From Candidatus Sumerlaeaceae bacterium (GTDB taxonomy: Bacteria; Sumerlaeota; Sumerlaeia; Sumerlaeales; Sumerlaeaceae): a DNA stretch of 64,000 bases. The translations under genes were made by a program, and so were the position numbers. The stretch covers positions 96,001 through 160,000 of the forward strand of contig JBPCLP010000021.1 in NCBI GenBank assembly GCA_051003195.1, given 5' to 3'. Positions 9,694-19,445 of the stretch are shown in pieces; the stretch's first letter is position 1; each line of letters begins with the position of its first letter. Below the pieces are notes generated by a model. It was given only the letters and a program-made list of their open reading frames with translations, did no database searches and was not told the DNA's origin.

Positions 9694-11643
9694 TTACTGC
9701 TTACCGGCTGGATCGAGTTGATAGCTGCATAAATGCGATCCGGTGGCGAAGTAGATTCTGCCGTTGATGTAATCGCCGCCTGCATTGATCGGTACTGGGG
9801 ATTTTTCGAGAAGCGTAAGCTTGTGGGTGGCCGTATTAAGTGACGCGATCCCGCTCACGAAAAGGACATATATGGAATTCTGCGGACCGGTAATGAAAAT
9901 TCGCGGGCCCTGCTCTGAGGGCGTAAGGCCAAAGTCCTTTTGCACGTCCTGCTGATGAACGACCGAGCGAGTTGTGGGATCGAATACATAGAAGAGTTTG
10001 CGATCTGCGAAGCCGTAGATCAGCCCACCCGGGCCATGACACATATCCGTGTAGGATTGTGCGCCGGAAAACACCGGTGCATGCCATTCCACCTTTTTTG
10101 ACGGTGCATCGAGCAGGTACATTTCCGCCTGTTTGGCTTTCTTCTCACCCCCCGTGCCGGGCTGGGTAGTGGTTCCTCCCAGCAATTTCCCATTCGGCAG
10201 GTCGATAAGACTCATTGTGGACTGATCGGGAATAAGGTCCGTATCCTTCAGCAGCACCTGCGAGCTCGTCTGCCGGTCCCAGAAAAGCAGTCCGCCGCCG
10301 GTGTAGCCGTATTGCGGTGTGCCACCCATGACCACCGTCTTACCGTCGGGAAGCGGAAGCAGCCGGTGCGGGCGATGGATGACCGGGCTGACCTGCGTTA
10401 GAAATGTTGGATTCGTCGCGATCCCTTTTTCAGTATTTATCCAGGGTTTCGCCGGGTCCCATTCCAACAGGAAGCCGTACGGGTATCCACCTACGAAGAA
10501 GTGGTCCCCGCGACGTGCCACCGTATTCCATTGCCCGTACGCCTGCCGATTAATGAGTTGATCGGCAGCAGTATCGAGGCTGAAGAACCGCATGGGGAAC
10601 GCGGTGCCGCCGCAGATCGTGCCATCGGGCGCGGCCGCCATACCCATGATAACCGCGCCTTCGCTGGTATAATCGAACGGCAGTTTTCTGACGTCAGACG
10701 TTCCGCGGTCCTGAATCAGAAGCTGGCGATTCACGAGATCCAGGTTCTCGAGGCGTGCTCCATCGGGAAACGTCGCATGCGTCAGCGCCTGGCTGCCCGT
10801 GATGTTTCGCTTCGGGCGTAACGGCTCGTGCTTACCAATCTTCTTCCCGGCGCCTTTGTACAACTCGTACCACTCCGTGTCGCTGCGATGCGCCTGCCCG
10901 TATACCTTGCCATCCAAATTGCGATATAGATGCGCGGAGCCCTTCTTACGCTCGCTTTCGGCCAGCATGGGTGTGGCCTTGCTTGTGACCGGATCGAACG
11001 CGACGATCTGGCTGGCGGTTTCGCCCAGCGCAAAGTAGATCCACCCCGCATCGTCTGCCGCGACGTGCCGCTGATACTGCTGCCAGTTCTGCGGGTAAAC
11101 GTGGCCGTAGTCGCGCAGCTGCCGAGTTTTTGGATCGAATGCGACTACCCCACTATTCGGATAGGTGACCGACCATATAACACCTTTGTCATCCTCCGTC
11201 ATGCCCATGGCCATCTGCGGCTGTGTTTTACTCGAGAAAGTGAACGCACGTTTGGCAGGATCGAACTCGACGAAATTGTCGCCGAAGTGCGTGTAAAACC
11301 GATTCCCGCTGGACAGAATGGAAGCAAAGGGCGAGTCGCCCTTTGAATTGGAAAACGGCAGAGGGAACTCCTCGGCCTTGCCTGTCTGCGCGTCCACAAG
11401 CAGCAGTTCGTATCCCCCGCGATGATCCATCAACCACGCCAGCACAACGGGGTGCCCGGCGGAGTCTGTGGTGGCGACGATGCCGCGATGGTTACTGATC
11501 GGAACAGCGACACCGTGATCGCGAAAGCCGTTACCGAGATCTTTAGATGCAGTTGCGGGCGAAGCGGCCGTCTGAAGAATGGCAACAAGGGTGGCGGTAA
11601 TTGCCAGGTGCAGCACACGGGGATACATCCGGTATGGTCTCAA
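9694..11643 (-). CDS. Secreted beta-propeller repeat protein
   Basis: Signal peptide; repeated 'DG.IY.G..P...FDP.T' blades. Confidence 0.7.
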   Translation of the reverse strand: MRPYRMYPRVLHLAITATLVAILQTAASPATASKDLGNGFRDHGVAVPISNHRGIVATTDSAGHPVVLAWLMDHRGGYELLLVDAQTGKAEEFPLPFSNSKGDSPFASILSSGNRFYTHFGDNFVEFDPAKRAFTFSSKTQPQMAMGMTEDDKGVIWSVTYPNSGVVAFDPKTRQLRDYGHVYPQNWQQYQRHVAADDAGWIYFALGETASQIVAFDPVTSKATPMLAESERKKGSAHLYRNLDGKVYGQAHRSDTEWYELYKGAGKKIGKHEPLRPKRNITGSQALTHATFPDGARLENLDLVNRQLLIQDRGTSDVRKLPFDYTSEGAVIMGMAAAPDGTICGGTAFPMRFFSLDTAADQLINRQAYGQWNTVARRGDHFFVGGYPYGFLLEWDPAKPWINTEKGIATNPTFLTQVSPVIHRPHRLLPLPDGKTVVMGGTPQYGYTGGGLLFWDRQTSSQVLLKDTDLIPDQSTMSLIDLPNGKLLGGTTTQPGTGGEKKAKQAEMYLLDAPSKKVEWHAPVFSGAQSYTDMCHGPGGLIYGFADRKLFYVFDPTTRSVVHQQDVQKDFGLTPSEQGPRIFITGPQNSIYVLFVSGIASLNTATHKLTLLEKSPVPINAGGDYINGRIYFATGSHLCSYQLDPAGKQ

Positions 11644-11925
11644 CAGTGCTCCTGAAAATTAAGGTGACGAATGCTGCCTGATTTGTGAAACTTGATACTT
11701 GGAAGCGATTCTCTTCCCGAGAGCGCAAGCATGTTCGCACTGAACAGGTCTATTTTCGCGCCATTCTAAGCTTGATAAGGTTCTGGCGCACGCTTACCGC
11801 CATTCGGACACTGCGCATGCGGCGTTGTGCGTTGGAATTGCGTTCAGGCTCCACGCATCCAGCAACGTAGAATCTTGAACTACTCTCAGTAAGACGCATC
11901 GCCACCAGGAGGCTGGTACTACGAC

Positions 11926-13041
11926 ATGGCAACTTCGATCCCAGGTGAATTGAACCCGACACCGCGAATCCTGATGGGCCCCGGTCCCAGCGATGTGCAT
12001 CCACGGATTTTGCGCGCGATGGCTACGCCGCTGCTTGGCCACCTGGATCCAGAATTCATCGTGATCATGGATGAAGTTAAGGCGATGCTGCAGCAGGTTT
12101 TCCGCACGAAGAACGCGCTGACGTTTCCTGTTTCTGCGACAGGCAGCGCGGGGATGGAGACGTGCCTGGTGAACCTGCTGGAGCCGGGCGACGAGGCGGT
12201 CGTGTGCGTGAGTGGCGTGTTCGGCACACGCATGTGCGATATCGTGGAGCGGTGCGGCGCGAAGCTTGTTCGCGTCGATGCGCAATGGGGAACCGCTATT
12301 GATCCCTCACAGGTGAAGCAGGCGTTGGGGCGCTGCAAACCGAAACTTCTGGCAATCGTGCACGCAGAAACTTCAACCGGCGTGCTTCAGCCAGTTGAGG
12401 AAATCAGCAAGCTGGTGCATGATGCCGGTGCGCTGTTCGTGCTGGATGCCGTGACGTCGGTTGGCGGAGTGGATGTGCGCATCGACGACTGGGGTGTCGA
12501 CGCGGTGTACAGCGGAACGCAGAAGTGCCTTGGTGCACCTCCGGGGCTGTCGCCGGTGTCGTTCAGCGAGCGCGCTGTCGAGGTGATCAGCAACCGCAAG
12601 ACGAAAGTGCAGAGCTGGTACCTGGACATGAACATGGTGAAAAACTACTGGGGAAATAATCGGGCTTACCATCATACGGCGCCGATCACCTCGGTGTATG
12701 CGTTGCGTGAAGCGCTTCGGATTGTATTGGAAGAGGGCTTGGAGAATCGCTTTGCGCGGCATCGTCGCAATCACGAACTGCTGTGCGCCGGACTGCAGGA
12801 GATTGGATTCGAGTATGTGGTCGCACCGGAGATTCGCCTGCCGCAATTGAATGCAGTCAGGATTCCAGCGGGGCTGGAAGATTTGCCAGGTCGGCAGAAA
12901 CTGCTGCGCGAGTACAACATTGAAATTGGCGGAGGGCTGGGGGATTTCGCGGGCAAAGTTTGGCGCATCGGGTTGATGGGCTCCGGCGCGACTGCAAATA
13001 ACGTGAACGTGTTACTGGCGGCATTGAAGCAGCTGAAATGA
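11926..13041 (+). CDS. Alanine--glyoxylate / serine--pyruvate aminotransferase (class V PLP)
   Basis: Motifs [27 protein letters not shown] (PLP Lys), YHHTAP and WRIGLMG. Confidence 0.95.
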   Translation: MATSIPGELNPTPRILMGPGPSDVHPRILRAMATPLLGHLDPEFIVIMDEVKAMLQQVFRTKNALTFPVSATGSAGMETCLVNLLEPGDEAVVCVSGVFGTRMCDIVERCGAKLVRVDAQWGTAIDPSQVKQALGRCKPKLLAIVHAETSTGVLQPVEEISKLVHDAGALFVLDAVTSVGGVDVRIDDWGVDAVYSGTQKCLGAPPGLSPVSFSERAVEVISNRKTKVQSWYLDMNMVKNYWGNNRAYHHTAPITSVYALREALRIVLEEGLENRFARHRRNHELLCAGLQEIGFEYVVAPEIRLPQLNAVRIPAGLEDLPGRQKLLREYNIEIGGGLGDFAGKVWRIGLMGSGATANNVNVLLAALKQLK

Positions 13042-13065
13042 TAGTGGAGAAGGGAATACTGACTG

Positions 13066-13458
13066 TCACCAGATCGTTTTTACGTGAGTGTACCCCTGAA
13101 TCGATTCATCTGCTGTGACGATTGTGCACTCTTTCACCCGCGCGGTTGCTGTGATGATACGGTCAGCCGGCTCGAAATGAAAGCCACCGGGTAGCTGTGC
13201 GGCTTCTTTTGCAATCTCCTCATCAACAGCAATAACCCTGATTCCGGCGGCGATGGTTGCACGCTTCACCCAATCATCGAAAGGTATTGTTAGTTTGATT
13301 CGGCCTTTTGCGACCAACGTCCCAAGCTCAACGATCGAAATACTCGAAACGATGAGATCGACAGTCTTCGCCTCGAGATGCCGCTTAGTTTTGGCTGGCA
13401 ACCTGGAGGAATCAATGCTCCACCAAACCCACGCCTGGGTATCCAGCAGATATGTCAC
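13066..13458 (-). CDS. vapC: PIN-domain toxin (VapC family)
   Basis: Motifs YLLDT, SIVE, H.EPADRII and TAD. GTG start is coupled to the antitoxin stop. Confidence 0.88.
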   Translation of the reverse strand: MTYLLDTQAWVWWSIDSSRLPAKTKRHLEAKTVDLIVSSISIVELGTLVAKGRIKLTIPFDDWVKRATIAAGIRVIAVDEEIAKEAAQLPGGFHFEPADRIITATARVKECTIVTADESIQGYTHVKTIW

Positions 13459-13709
13459 TTGCGAGGGGTCTTGCGGCGATTCGGCTCGAGCGATTCCCAC
13501 TCCGGAAATACTGGCGACACTATGTCGCCGACAATTTGCGCGGTGCCGGCAAGGTGTCCAGGTTTCGCCTTGGTTGTTGGACGTGCCGGATTTATTTCGA
13601 CTAACGGTTCACCACGCCTGGTTACGAGGACTGGTTCACCAGAACCTGAAATCTCTTTCATAATCTGGAGCGCGTGAGCCTTAAACTGCGTGGCGTTATA
13701 AGTCTTCAT
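13455..13709 (-). CDS. Phd/YefM family antitoxin
   Basis: Sequence MKTYNATQFKAHALQIM...GEPVLVTRRGEP, directly upstream of the PIN toxin. Confidence 0.88.
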   Translation of the reverse strand: MKTYNATQFKAHALQIMKEISGSGEPVLVTRRGEPLVEINPARPTTKAKPGHLAGTAQIVGDIVSPVFPEWESLEPNRRKTPRK

Positions 13710-13789
13710 GTTTCTGACTACTTGAACTGACCACTTATATTTTTGGTGTAATTGACGGCGCTTCGATACTTCGGGCACCGCCGACAGTA

Positions 13790-14302
13790 TTAGAACTGAT
13801 CGGTGTCGGACGTCTGAAGCACGAAGTGATAGTTATATGTGCCGAGTAACTGCTTCACTTCCGTGGAAGCGTCATCCATCAGTGCGGCAATCCCCGCAAT
13901 TGTTCCCCCGCATCGCTCCAAGAGCGAGATCGAAGCCTTAATGGTCTCGCCCGTTTCTATCCAGTCATCGACGATGATCACACGATCCCCCTGCACCAAG
14001 GCATCCTGGTGGACCGCCAGTGATTTTGCCGTGCCGGAGTAATCTATAAACGATGCCGAGTATACTGACTGCTGGAGCTTGCCGGGATAGCGAATAGGAA
14101 TGATTCCGAGGCTAAGCTCGCAGGCGACGGCTGTGCCGAAAATAAATCCCCGGCCTTCAATACACGCGACTTTGGTCGCGCCACTGTTGAGGAATGGTTG
14201 TGCCAGTAGCTGAATGGAACGTCGAAAGGCCACCGCGTCAGCAAGAAGCGGTGTGAGATCTGAGCATGTAGATCCGGCTCTTATGAACTGTTTCAGGTTC
14301 AA
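13790..14302 (-). CDS. apt: Adenine phosphoribosyltransferase-like protein
   Basis: Motifs DLTPLL, IEGRGFIFG and the PRPP-binding IIVDDWIETG. Confidence 0.8.
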   Translation of the reverse strand: MNLKQFIRAGSTCSDLTPLLADAVAFRRSIQLLAQPFLNSGATKVACIEGRGFIFGTAVACELSLGIIPIRYPGKLQQSVYSASFIDYSGTAKSLAVHQDALVQGDRVIIVDDWIETGETIKASISLLERCGGTIAGIAALMDDASTEVKQLLGTYNYHFVLQTSDTDQF

Positions 14303-14310
14303 TGCGTGTT

Positions 14311-16440
14311 TCAGAGCAGCAGCTCCAACGGGTGGTAGACTTTCATTCCGGTGCCGTCGGTGAGATGTATGCTGCAGACGCTGCTTTCGGTGACAATGGC
14401 GTCAACGCCCGCCGCGGCGAATGCCTGGAACAGCGGCTCCCCGACGGCATTTGAAAGATCCATCCCCAGCGGGCTTGCCTTCATGCCGAAGGTTCCGCCC
14501 ATGCCGCAGCAGGTGCCCGTTTCCACGACCTCGACATCGGCTCCGCGGCGGCGTAGCCATTCCATGGCGGGCTTGCCGGAACTAATCGGGCGCTGATGGC
14601 AGGAAATATGGAATCCGAATTTGCGTCCATCCAGCGACTTCGCATCCGATATAGCACCGTCCTCAAGTTTGACCAGGTACTCGAATATCTCAAACGTTCG
14701 CTTCGCGACCTGCTTTGCTTCCTCGCTGTGTAGTATCTTCGGATACGCAAGCTTCAGGCAATATGCCGCTGTTGGCTCCGTCGCAATAATGTCGTAGCCC
14801 TGCTTAACATACGGCAGCAGGCACTCGACATTGTACTGGGCAATCTTACGCGCGCGCTCCAGATCACCGTACCCGATGAACGGGTAGCCGCTGCTTTTCT
14901 GGGGGGGCAGCACCACTTCGCACCCGCGTTCGCGAAGTCGCTCGACGGCAGCCATTCCCAGTTCCGGCGAGTTGTAGTTGGCAAACAGGTCCACAAAGAA
15001 AGCCACCTTGGGTCCATTCGGACGAGTCGGCGGGGCGGGACGGAAACGCTTTGTGAACGGGCGGCGATTGAATTTTGGAAATGTCCTGCGACGATCCAGG
15101 CCCATTGTCTTTTCCATTAACCAGCGAAACGCGGGGTTCGCCAGTATCCAGTTCGACACTGGTACAGTCGCGCTGCCGAACTTTGAGAATTCCTCTGCCA
15201 GCATGAGAATACGATTTGTAAACGGCGGCGGGTGTTTTTGCCGGTCGCGCTCCTTCACCTCGGCTATCATCATGGGAATGTCGATCGCCGCCGGGCAGAT
15301 CTCTTTGCAGAGTCCACAAGAAATGCAAAGCGGCGCAAAATCGCCGGCGTTCTCGAGACCATGTACCGCCGCGGTCCACGGAATCCCAATTGGGCCCGGA
15401 TAAATATGTCCAAAAGTATGCCCGCCCACCACTCCGTATGTCGGGCAGATGTTCATGCACGCACCGCAGCGGATGCAATTGAGCGCATCGTTAAAAACCG
15501 GGTCGGCACGCATCTCGGTGCGGCCGTTATCCAGGATGATAATGTGCGTTTCACGCGGAGCGCGGCCCTCGCCATTCCCCAGCGGCGACCTTCCCGCCAT
15601 CACCGTTACATACGTGGTGAGCATCTGGCCGACGGCGCTCATCGGGTGCGCGAGCATCATCATGAGCGCCTCTTCCACCGTCGCGACAATCTTCTCCATG
15701 CCCATAATGCAGATGTGCACGTCGGGAATGCTGGAAACGAGACGCGCGTTACCTTCGTTCGTTTCAATTACAATCGCGCCGTTTTCCGCGATGCCGACGT
15801 TCGCGCCCGTCATACCAATGTCGGCATTCAGGAAGATTGGACGCAGATAACGGCGCACGACGCGCATGATTTCGTTCACGTCTGCCGGGACATCCTCGCC
15901 TGTGACCTTCTTGAAAATCTCCGCCACCTGAACAGCCGTCTTATGAACCGCCGGGAACACCAGGTGATATGGTTTTTCGTGCACCTTTTGAATGATCAGC
16001 TCACCGAGGTCGGTCTCAATCACCTCGATCCCGTCCTCCTCCAGCGGTTCGTTCACGTGAATTTCTTCGCTGGTCAGCGACTTCGATTTGGCGATGGTCT
16101 TCGCAGATTTCCGATGGCAGACATCCAGGATGTACTTGATCGCCTCGGGTCCGTCCTTTGCCATGAACACGTTCGCGCCTCGTTCACGCGATTTGGCCGC
16201 GAACTTCTCGACTAGCGCATCCAGGTTTTCGATGGATCGAACCTTCGCCTCGCGCACTTCTTTACGGAAGTGCTCACCATCCGCTCTTGCATCAATCGCG
16301 CGCGCCCTGCTGTCGCGGCCACGTTTCATCGCGGTGTACAGCGCGTCCCGCTTCGGCTTCTCACGCAGCGCCTTGACGATTTTCGCGTTCAGCCGTTCGT
16401 ATCGGCCACCCGGCTCAGGTTCTTCACTCATGTAAGCCAT
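14311..16440 (-). CDS. LutB-type lactate utilisation protein: LUD domain + 2x[4Fe-4S] fused to cysteine-rich (CCG, GlpC-like) domains
   Basis: Motifs KSKSLTSEEI, ETDLGE, TNEGN, CIRCGACMNICP, CISCGLCKEICP and CCGMGGTFG. Confidence 0.88.
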   Translation of the reverse strand: MAYMSEEPEPGGRYERLNAKIVKALREKPKRDALYTAMKRGRDSRARAIDARADGEHFRKEVREAKVRSIENLDALVEKFAAKSRERGANVFMAKDGPEAIKYILDVCHRKSAKTIAKSKSLTSEEIHVNEPLEEDGIEVIETDLGELIIQKVHEKPYHLVFPAVHKTAVQVAEIFKKVTGEDVPADVNEIMRVVRRYLRPIFLNADIGMTGANVGIAENGAIVIETNEGNARLVSSIPDVHICIMGMEKIVATVEEALMMMLAHPMSAVGQMLTTYVTVMAGRSPLGNGEGRAPRETHIIILDNGRTEMRADPVFNDALNCIRCGACMNICPTYGVVGGHTFGHIYPGPIGIPWTAAVHGLENAGDFAPLCISCGLCKEICPAAIDIPMMIAEVKERDRQKHPPPFTNRILMLAEEFSKFGSATVPVSNWILANPAFRWLMEKTMGLDRRRTFPKFNRRPFTKRFRPAPPTRPNGPKVAFFVDLFANYNSPELGMAAVERLRERGCEVVLPPQKSSGYPFIGYGDLERARKIAQYNVECLLPYVKQGYDIIATEPTAAYCLKLAYPKILHSEEAKQVAKRTFEIFEYLVKLEDGAISDAKSLDGRKFGFHISCHQRPISSGKPAMEWLRRRGADVEVVETGTCCGMGGTFGMKASPLGMDLSNAVGEPLFQAFAAAGVDAIVTESSVCSIHLTDGTGMKVYHPLELLL

Positions 16441-17041
16441 TTCCGTTCGTAAACCCTCTGTCGCTAAAAGGCCGCGGATCATTCAGCACAAGGACGTAGG
16501 ACTGTTCCGGTCCATGCACCCCGAGCGTTAGCTTCATTTCGATGTCACCGGAACGGCTTGGACCCGAAATAAACGACACCACGCAATTGGCCGGGTTCTG
16601 CTCAAACTGCCGGCGCACCAGCGGCCCCGCATCCGGGAGTGTGGCAACCAGGTCCTGCGTCCACACGAACGCGATGTGTACGCGGGGCAGCGACGATACA
16701 AGGCGTGTCGCGTCGTTAAGCGCAAACTCCACGATGCTGCCGGTCTCCGCGATCGCGAAATCCGCCCCCGTGATTCCCACCTGGGCTCCGTCAATGCTTG
16801 CCGGCATTTCGTTCGCCGGGTAGGGCGGCACAAGGCATTTGATGCCCGCGGCCTCCAACAGCGCCTGCAGGGCCGATTGCACGACCTTCGGAAGTTTTGC
16901 CAGCGCTACGCACTTCGCATTGTACTGCTTCACGATCGCTACGGCGGCCGCCACCGCCTCGTCCACATTGGCAACCACCTGCACATGCCCGGAAAGGCTT
17001 TCATACTTCTGTTGAAACTCTTGAACGGATTTTATCGTCAC
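16424..17041 (-). CDS. lutC: LutC/YkgG family LUD-domain protein
   Basis: Motifs AIAETGS, SSLPRVH and ISGPSRSGDIEMKLTLGVHGP; start uncertain. Confidence 0.85.
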   Translation of the reverse strand: MTIKSVQEFQQKYESLSGHVQVVANVDEAVAAAVAIVKQYNAKCVALAKLPKVVQSALQALLEAAGIKCLVPPYPANEMPASIDGAQVGITGADFAIAETGSIVEFALNDATRLVSSLPRVHIAFVWTQDLVATLPDAGPLVRRQFEQNPANCVVSFISGPSRSGDIEMKLTLGVHGPEQSYVLVLNDPRPFSDRGFTNGNGLHE

Positions 17042-17175
17042 GACCCTGAAGTTGCCTTCCTTGTGCGTCCAGTGTTCAGGTCTTGAGACGCGTTTCGGTA
17101 CCCAGCCGCACAATAGCGTGGCGCGCAATTCGCACAGGGCAATTCAAAACAGAGCACCCATTCGATCGGGGCTAA

Positions 17176-18168
17176 CTAAGACAAACCGGCCCAGCACGTT
17201 TCCAGTTCGCTCCAGTTGCGCGCCGCCCCCGATCCTGGCATCATCTTGAAATACCAGGGCACGTTTGCGTAGCGATGCAAAAGCATCCAGCCCGCAATGC
17301 GCATGCGAAGATCTCCGTTGATCTCGGCAGTCGTCAGGCCATAGCCGTGCAGAAACGTACGCAGCAGTCGCGCATCTCCACGAGTGAGGAAGGCGGCGAC
17401 CGCCGCAAAGTCGTACTCGCGGCGGCCCACCATTGAAGGTTCGAAATCGATCAGTGCGGAAATGTGCCATTCGCCTTTTAACTGCTGGAGCAGTACGTTG
17501 CCGCCCATTAACTCGGTGTGAAGCAACACACGTGGGGCGCTGGCTTGCAGGGTGGGTAGAAGCGTTTCGAGGTATGCGGGCAATGGTTGAAGCCACTCAT
17601 CACAAAGCCCGAGTATGCGTTGCCGCTGGACGCAGTTAGTCGTCTGCTCAAGTATGAACTGGTTCCAATCGGGATGCAGGTGCAGGGAAAAATCGTCTAC
17701 GGAAAGCGAGTGTAGTGCGCAGGTAATTTCACCTAACTGGCCAAGCACTCGCCGTTTAGCATCCTGGGATAGCTGCGGCCACACGGTGTCCAATGGCTCG
17801 CCGGGGACGCGAGACATGACAAGATAGTGCCAGCCGGGCGCGCAGCCCTCCATCTCGCCCGAATGAAGCAACGCTGGCGTAGCGACAGGCAGTCTGTCGT
17901 GCAGCGCGCGCAGAACTTCTGACTCAGTCGCGAACAACTCACGATTCCACGGCTCGTGTAGCTTAATGACGGCGTCGCCGATTGCGTAAACAATGCAGCT
18001 GCCGCCCAACCGGGTTGCTGTGCCGGTCAGAGCGTGGCTTGCAGCAATGCGCGCAATGACTTCGTCCCATAAGGCGGCATCATCTTTCTGTTGCGCGAAC
18101 TCGCTTGCGTCCGCAGGTAGAGAAAACTGCAAACGAGCAGCGGTATTACTTGGTGGGGGGTGCGTCAT
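17176..18168 (-). CDS. Aminoglycoside phosphotransferase / choline kinase-like protein
   Basis: Motifs VIKL, YLVMSRVPG, LLHTELMGGN and IDFE; resembles the hygromycin kinase-type family. Confidence 0.8.
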   Translation of the reverse strand: MTHPPPSNTAARLQFSLPADASEFAQQKDDAALWDEVIARIAASHALTGTATRLGGSCIVYAIGDAVIKLHEPWNRELFATESEVLRALHDRLPVATPALLHSGEMEGCAPGWHYLVMSRVPGEPLDTVWPQLSQDAKRRVLGQLGEITCALHSLSVDDFSLHLHPDWNQFILEQTTNCVQRQRILGLCDEWLQPLPAYLETLLPTLQASAPRVLLHTELMGGNVLLQQLKGEWHISALIDFEPSMVGRREYDFAAVAAFLTRGDARLLRTFLHGYGLTTAEINGDLRMRIAGWMLLHRYANVPWYFKMMPGSGAARNWSELETCWAGLS

Positions 18169-19118
18169 CGGAGATACGCATCATACGCCGCCCGTCCAAT
18201 CTTCGCGATGATCTCCTCCTGCGCCGAGGCCGGCAGCTTTGACCCGCTCATGAGCACCGCGATAGCGAGGTGCCCGCGTTGTCCCGGTAGCGTAATGATA
18301 CCCACGTCATTTATCGCCGAACCATCAGGGCCCGTTCCCGATTTATCCATTGCTTCGATCCCGACGGGTAGTGCGCCGCGCAACCGTTTGATTCCCGTCC
18401 GTGATTTCGTCATCAGTTCGAAAAGGACGCTGCGCACACTGGATGTCAGCACATTACCCCGCTGCATGCCGGCAAGCAGCGCAGCCAGTGCCTTTGCATT
18501 GCCACGGTTGGGGTGCTGCGCGTGCTTTCCCATTTCACGGGTGAATATCCTTATATCGATTCCTTCGAAACCCATCGCGCTCACACGCTTCGTCAATTCC
18601 GCCGGGCCACCCAGCAGCGACATCAGCTTGTCGCTTGCGGTATTGTCGCTCTCTACTAGGGAGTACTCCAGCAACTGCCCTATGGTGACTGCCATCGGCG
18701 CACCGGCCCAGCGCTGCGTGTTTGAAGCGATGCCGGGCGAACGCTCCTCGCGCGTCACAGTCACCGGCTCGTCCAGCCGAAGTCGCTTCTCCTGCACATC
18801 CTTCAACACCACAATGGCAAGCGGCAGCTTGAACACGCTGTAAAGCGGCCGCGCCTCGTCGGCGTTAACCAGCACGGATTGCCCCGACTCCACATGCACC
18901 ACAGCCACTCCCACTCTACCTCGAGCGGATTCTGCAAGCTCGGCCAGTCGCTTCTGTAGTTTTGCCGTGGACGTTTCTCCATCCGTCGCAGCACTGCACC
19001 CAGGGCCCGCCATGATGCACAAGCTCAACAGCGCCACGAAACGCGAAAATCCCGGCCGAAACCGATGTGTGCCCAATTTTTCTCTTCTCCTTAATCTCGG
19101 ATGCTCATGCTCTGACAT
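18165..19118 (-). CDS. Class A beta-lactamase-like serine hydrolase
   Basis: Motifs SVFK (SxxK), SDN, DKSG and NDVGII; N-terminal signal or lipoprotein-like peptide. Confidence 0.85.
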   Translation of the reverse strand: MSEHEHPRLRRREKLGTHRFRPGFSRFVALLSLCIMAGPGCSAATDGETSTAKLQKRLAELAESARGRVGVAVVHVESGQSVLVNADEARPLYSVFKLPLAIVVLKDVQEKRLRLDEPVTVTREERSPGIASNTQRWAGAPMAVTIGQLLEYSLVESDNTASDKLMSLLGGPAELTKRVSAMGFEGIDIRIFTREMGKHAQHPNRGNAKALAALLAGMQRGNVLTSSVRSVLFELMTKSRTGIKRLRGALPVGIEAMDKSGTGPDGSAINDVGIITLPGQRGHLAIAVLMSGSKLPASAQEEIIAKIGRAAYDAYLR

Positions 19119-19445
19119 TTCCGGTCAACGTTCCCGCCTTCAGCGCGCTTTCGTATTTGCTTGAGCAACAGTCGGACCGGGACCGCCGCGAAGTATCCAG
19201 TTCAAAAGGAGCGCGTGACGAAAACCCATATCATCCTCGCAGCATGCCTGATTGCAGTATTAACCGGTAGGACCGCCTGGCGGCCGACGAAGCGGTAAAG
19301 TCCATGCAATGGTTTACCTCTGTTTAGGCGCTTCTGCGGTAAACGTTCACAACACATAATCCCTGCAATATTTTCTGCCACCGCGGTACTGATAATCAGA
19401 TACGAACATCCAATTCCCATTCTTTGCGAAAGTTGAGATCCTATT

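Noticed and set aside
11783..11800. Sigma54 promoter (tggcgc...)
   Set aside because: No GC at the -12 position at the required spacing.
11700..11925. Glycine riboswitch upstream of the alanine-glyoxylate aminotransferase
   Set aside because: Only fragments (gagag, ctctcag) resemble the consensus; the CCGAAG core and tandem aptamer organisation are absent.
13066..14302. Toxin-antitoxin + phosphoribosyltransferase as a defence island
   Set aside because: This is an ordinary Phd-VapC pair and an apt-like gene with no other defence or mobility genes adjacent.
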